A stretch of 45,411 nt of DNA from a virus. Lineage: Duplodnaviria; Caudoviricetes. The translations under genes were made by a program, and so were the position numbers. The DNA is taken from the IMG/VR virus record IMGVR_UViG_3300033182_000655, positions 1 through 45,411 of that record; one strand, written 5' to 3'. Under the pieces are notes generated by a model. The model was not told where the DNA came from, made no database searches, and saw nothing but the letters and a program-made list of their open reading frames with translations. Position 1 is the first letter of the stretch. The number at the start of each line of letters is the position of its first letter. Below, piece after piece: positions 44,390 through 45,411 of this stretch.

Positions 44390-45411
44390 TATGGTGCTGA
44401 ATTTGTTCCTTTATTATGTACTAATATTCCATTCACAAGATATACATCAGAAGGTTCTACATCAATGTTAACTACTTCTACTTCACCCTCAACTCTTGTT
44501 ATTTGGTCAATTATAATTTCTGATTTATCTTCACCCAATAAGGATTGTCCAACTTTACAATTACCTGCCTTCATCCATTTCCACACATTATCTGTATCTT
44601 TGATTAATAATTCGTGTTCACCAGTAACATCTAATTGTACATTAAGTCCTGTAGCATTATTTACACCAAATATAACATGATAATGTGATGCATAATCAAA
44701 ATAATAATTATCAATTACTGCAGTACTTGATTCAAAACCATCTATTGATGATGTTGTCCAAGTTGACCATTCTTCATATCCTAAATCCTCGTCAGGTAAA
44801 GTTTTGATATTAAATGTATTTACCTCATCTCCAATATCTAAGTCCTCTATATTTTTATCACCACTTGGTGTAGATACTTTTGAACCTGGTAGAAAACATG
44901 CAACCGTTTGTCCACCATATGTATCTTGTATCTCCACAACTTTTGATATTGCAGTGTTATATCTTGTGGCATGGTCATTATATCCATCTGATTGTCCATC
45001 ATCATTATACTTACCAGTTATTGTTACGGTTTGGTCATTGTATTGTGGCCCCGCCCACTTCTTTAATGTAATGTGGTCAATAAAAATATTACCTGCACTA
45101 CCTGTAAACTCCAATCTTAAATCTACTGAAGTGGAACCACTTGTATAAAAGTTATCAGTAAACAAATCCCAATTATTTGTATTGTTTGCACCATCTCTAC
45201 CAAATGTATGTGATGCAGTCTTTAATACAACTTGAATATTTCTATCACCTGCACTTGTATTATAAAATCTTCCTTGAATTTCATAAGTAGAATATGCATC
45301 TACACTAATGGTTTGAATCAATGCACCATCGTCAATCTGTGCTGCAAACGACGAACCAATACCTGCAGGGTCTGCATTTGGTGTTCCACCAGTATAAGTG
45401 TGTCTTGTAAC
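44389..45411 (-). CDS. 5'-truncated beta-rich, probably virion protein with C-terminal Hint domain
   Basis: Frame is open to the window end. Hint at 44413-44898: C-FLPGSKV...IEDLDIGDEV...VTGEH...KVGQ...VVNIDVE..VYLVNGILVHN, followed by KGTNSAP and stop. Confidence 0.85.
   Translation of the reverse strand, partial: VTRHTYTGGTPNADPAGIGSSFAAQIDDGALIQTISVDAYSTYEIQGRFYNTSAGDRNIQVVLKTASHTFGRDGANNTNNWDLFTDNFYTSGSTSVDLRLEFTGSAGNIFIDHITLKKWAGPQYNDQTVTITGKYNDDGQSDGYNDHATRYNTAISKVVEIQDTYGGQTVACFLPGSKVSTPSGDKNIEDLDIGDEVNTFNIKTLPDEDLGYEEWSTWTTSSIDGFESSTAVIDNYYFDYASHYHVIFGVNNATGLNVQLDVTGEHELLIKDTDNVWKWMKAGNCKVGQSLLGEDKSEIIIDQITRVEGEVEVVNIDVEPSDVYLVNGILVHNKGTNSAP

Noticed and set aside
44413-44898. Mobile intein with homing endonuclease
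   Set aside because: Only 162 aa, no LAGLIDADG or HNH domain, +1 residue is Lys, and it sits at the extreme C-terminus.
675-45148. Plus-strand ORFs in the track (e.g. 733-1215, 3708-4337, 5187-5546, 44804-45148)
   Set aside because: Antisense shadows of well-supported minus-strand genes, with no motifs or SD support.
12364-45411. TGS/SGS tripeptides in the structural-like proteins as glycosylation sequons
   Set aside because: Only a few instances in this window, too few to separate from Ser/Thr/Gly-rich composition.
1-45411. tRNA, rRNA, integrase or transposase
   Set aside because: No such motifs seen; the only long gap (30486-30621) does not fold as a cloverleaf.

Overview
AT-rich (roughly 30% GC by eye) fragment of a large tailed dsDNA phage with a T4-like head module. 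Essentially every real gene is on the minus strand in tightly coupled operons. The left ~14 kb holds a gp21-like prohead protease, a gp20-like portal, the large terminase, two small membrane proteins and a GH108 endolysin. It also holds several basic, modular proteins that look like protease-processed internal head proteins, including a 1063-aa HNH-like/HIGH nucleotidyltransferase/KxDG fusion and a P-loop kinase. The right ~30 kb (13913-44389) is an unusually large and apparently all-cytoplasmic glycan synthesis and decoration island: 5 GT10-like paralogues, 3 GT7 galactosyltransferase-like proteins each split by a LamG domain, GT2-like enzymes, RmlC, 3 NDP-sugar SDRs, split ThDP E1alpha/E1beta-like subunits (possible branched sugar), a carbamoyltransferase, a sulfotransferase, 2 methyltransferases, 3 SGNH proteins, a PhyH dioxygenase and 3 radical SAM enzymes. 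A 5'-truncated structural-like protein with a C-terminal Hint domain closes the window. Non-coding signals read directly from the sequence: a riboswitch-like leader with competing antiterminator and terminator/anti-SD hairpins (30486-30610), an ATATTTAT motif in every larger intergenic gap, strong avoidance of GGWCC (and apparently GATC), a hidden 34-aa ORF, and a 95-bp inverted repeat at the left edge that may be an artefact. Family assignments come from motif recognition only; no database searches were run.
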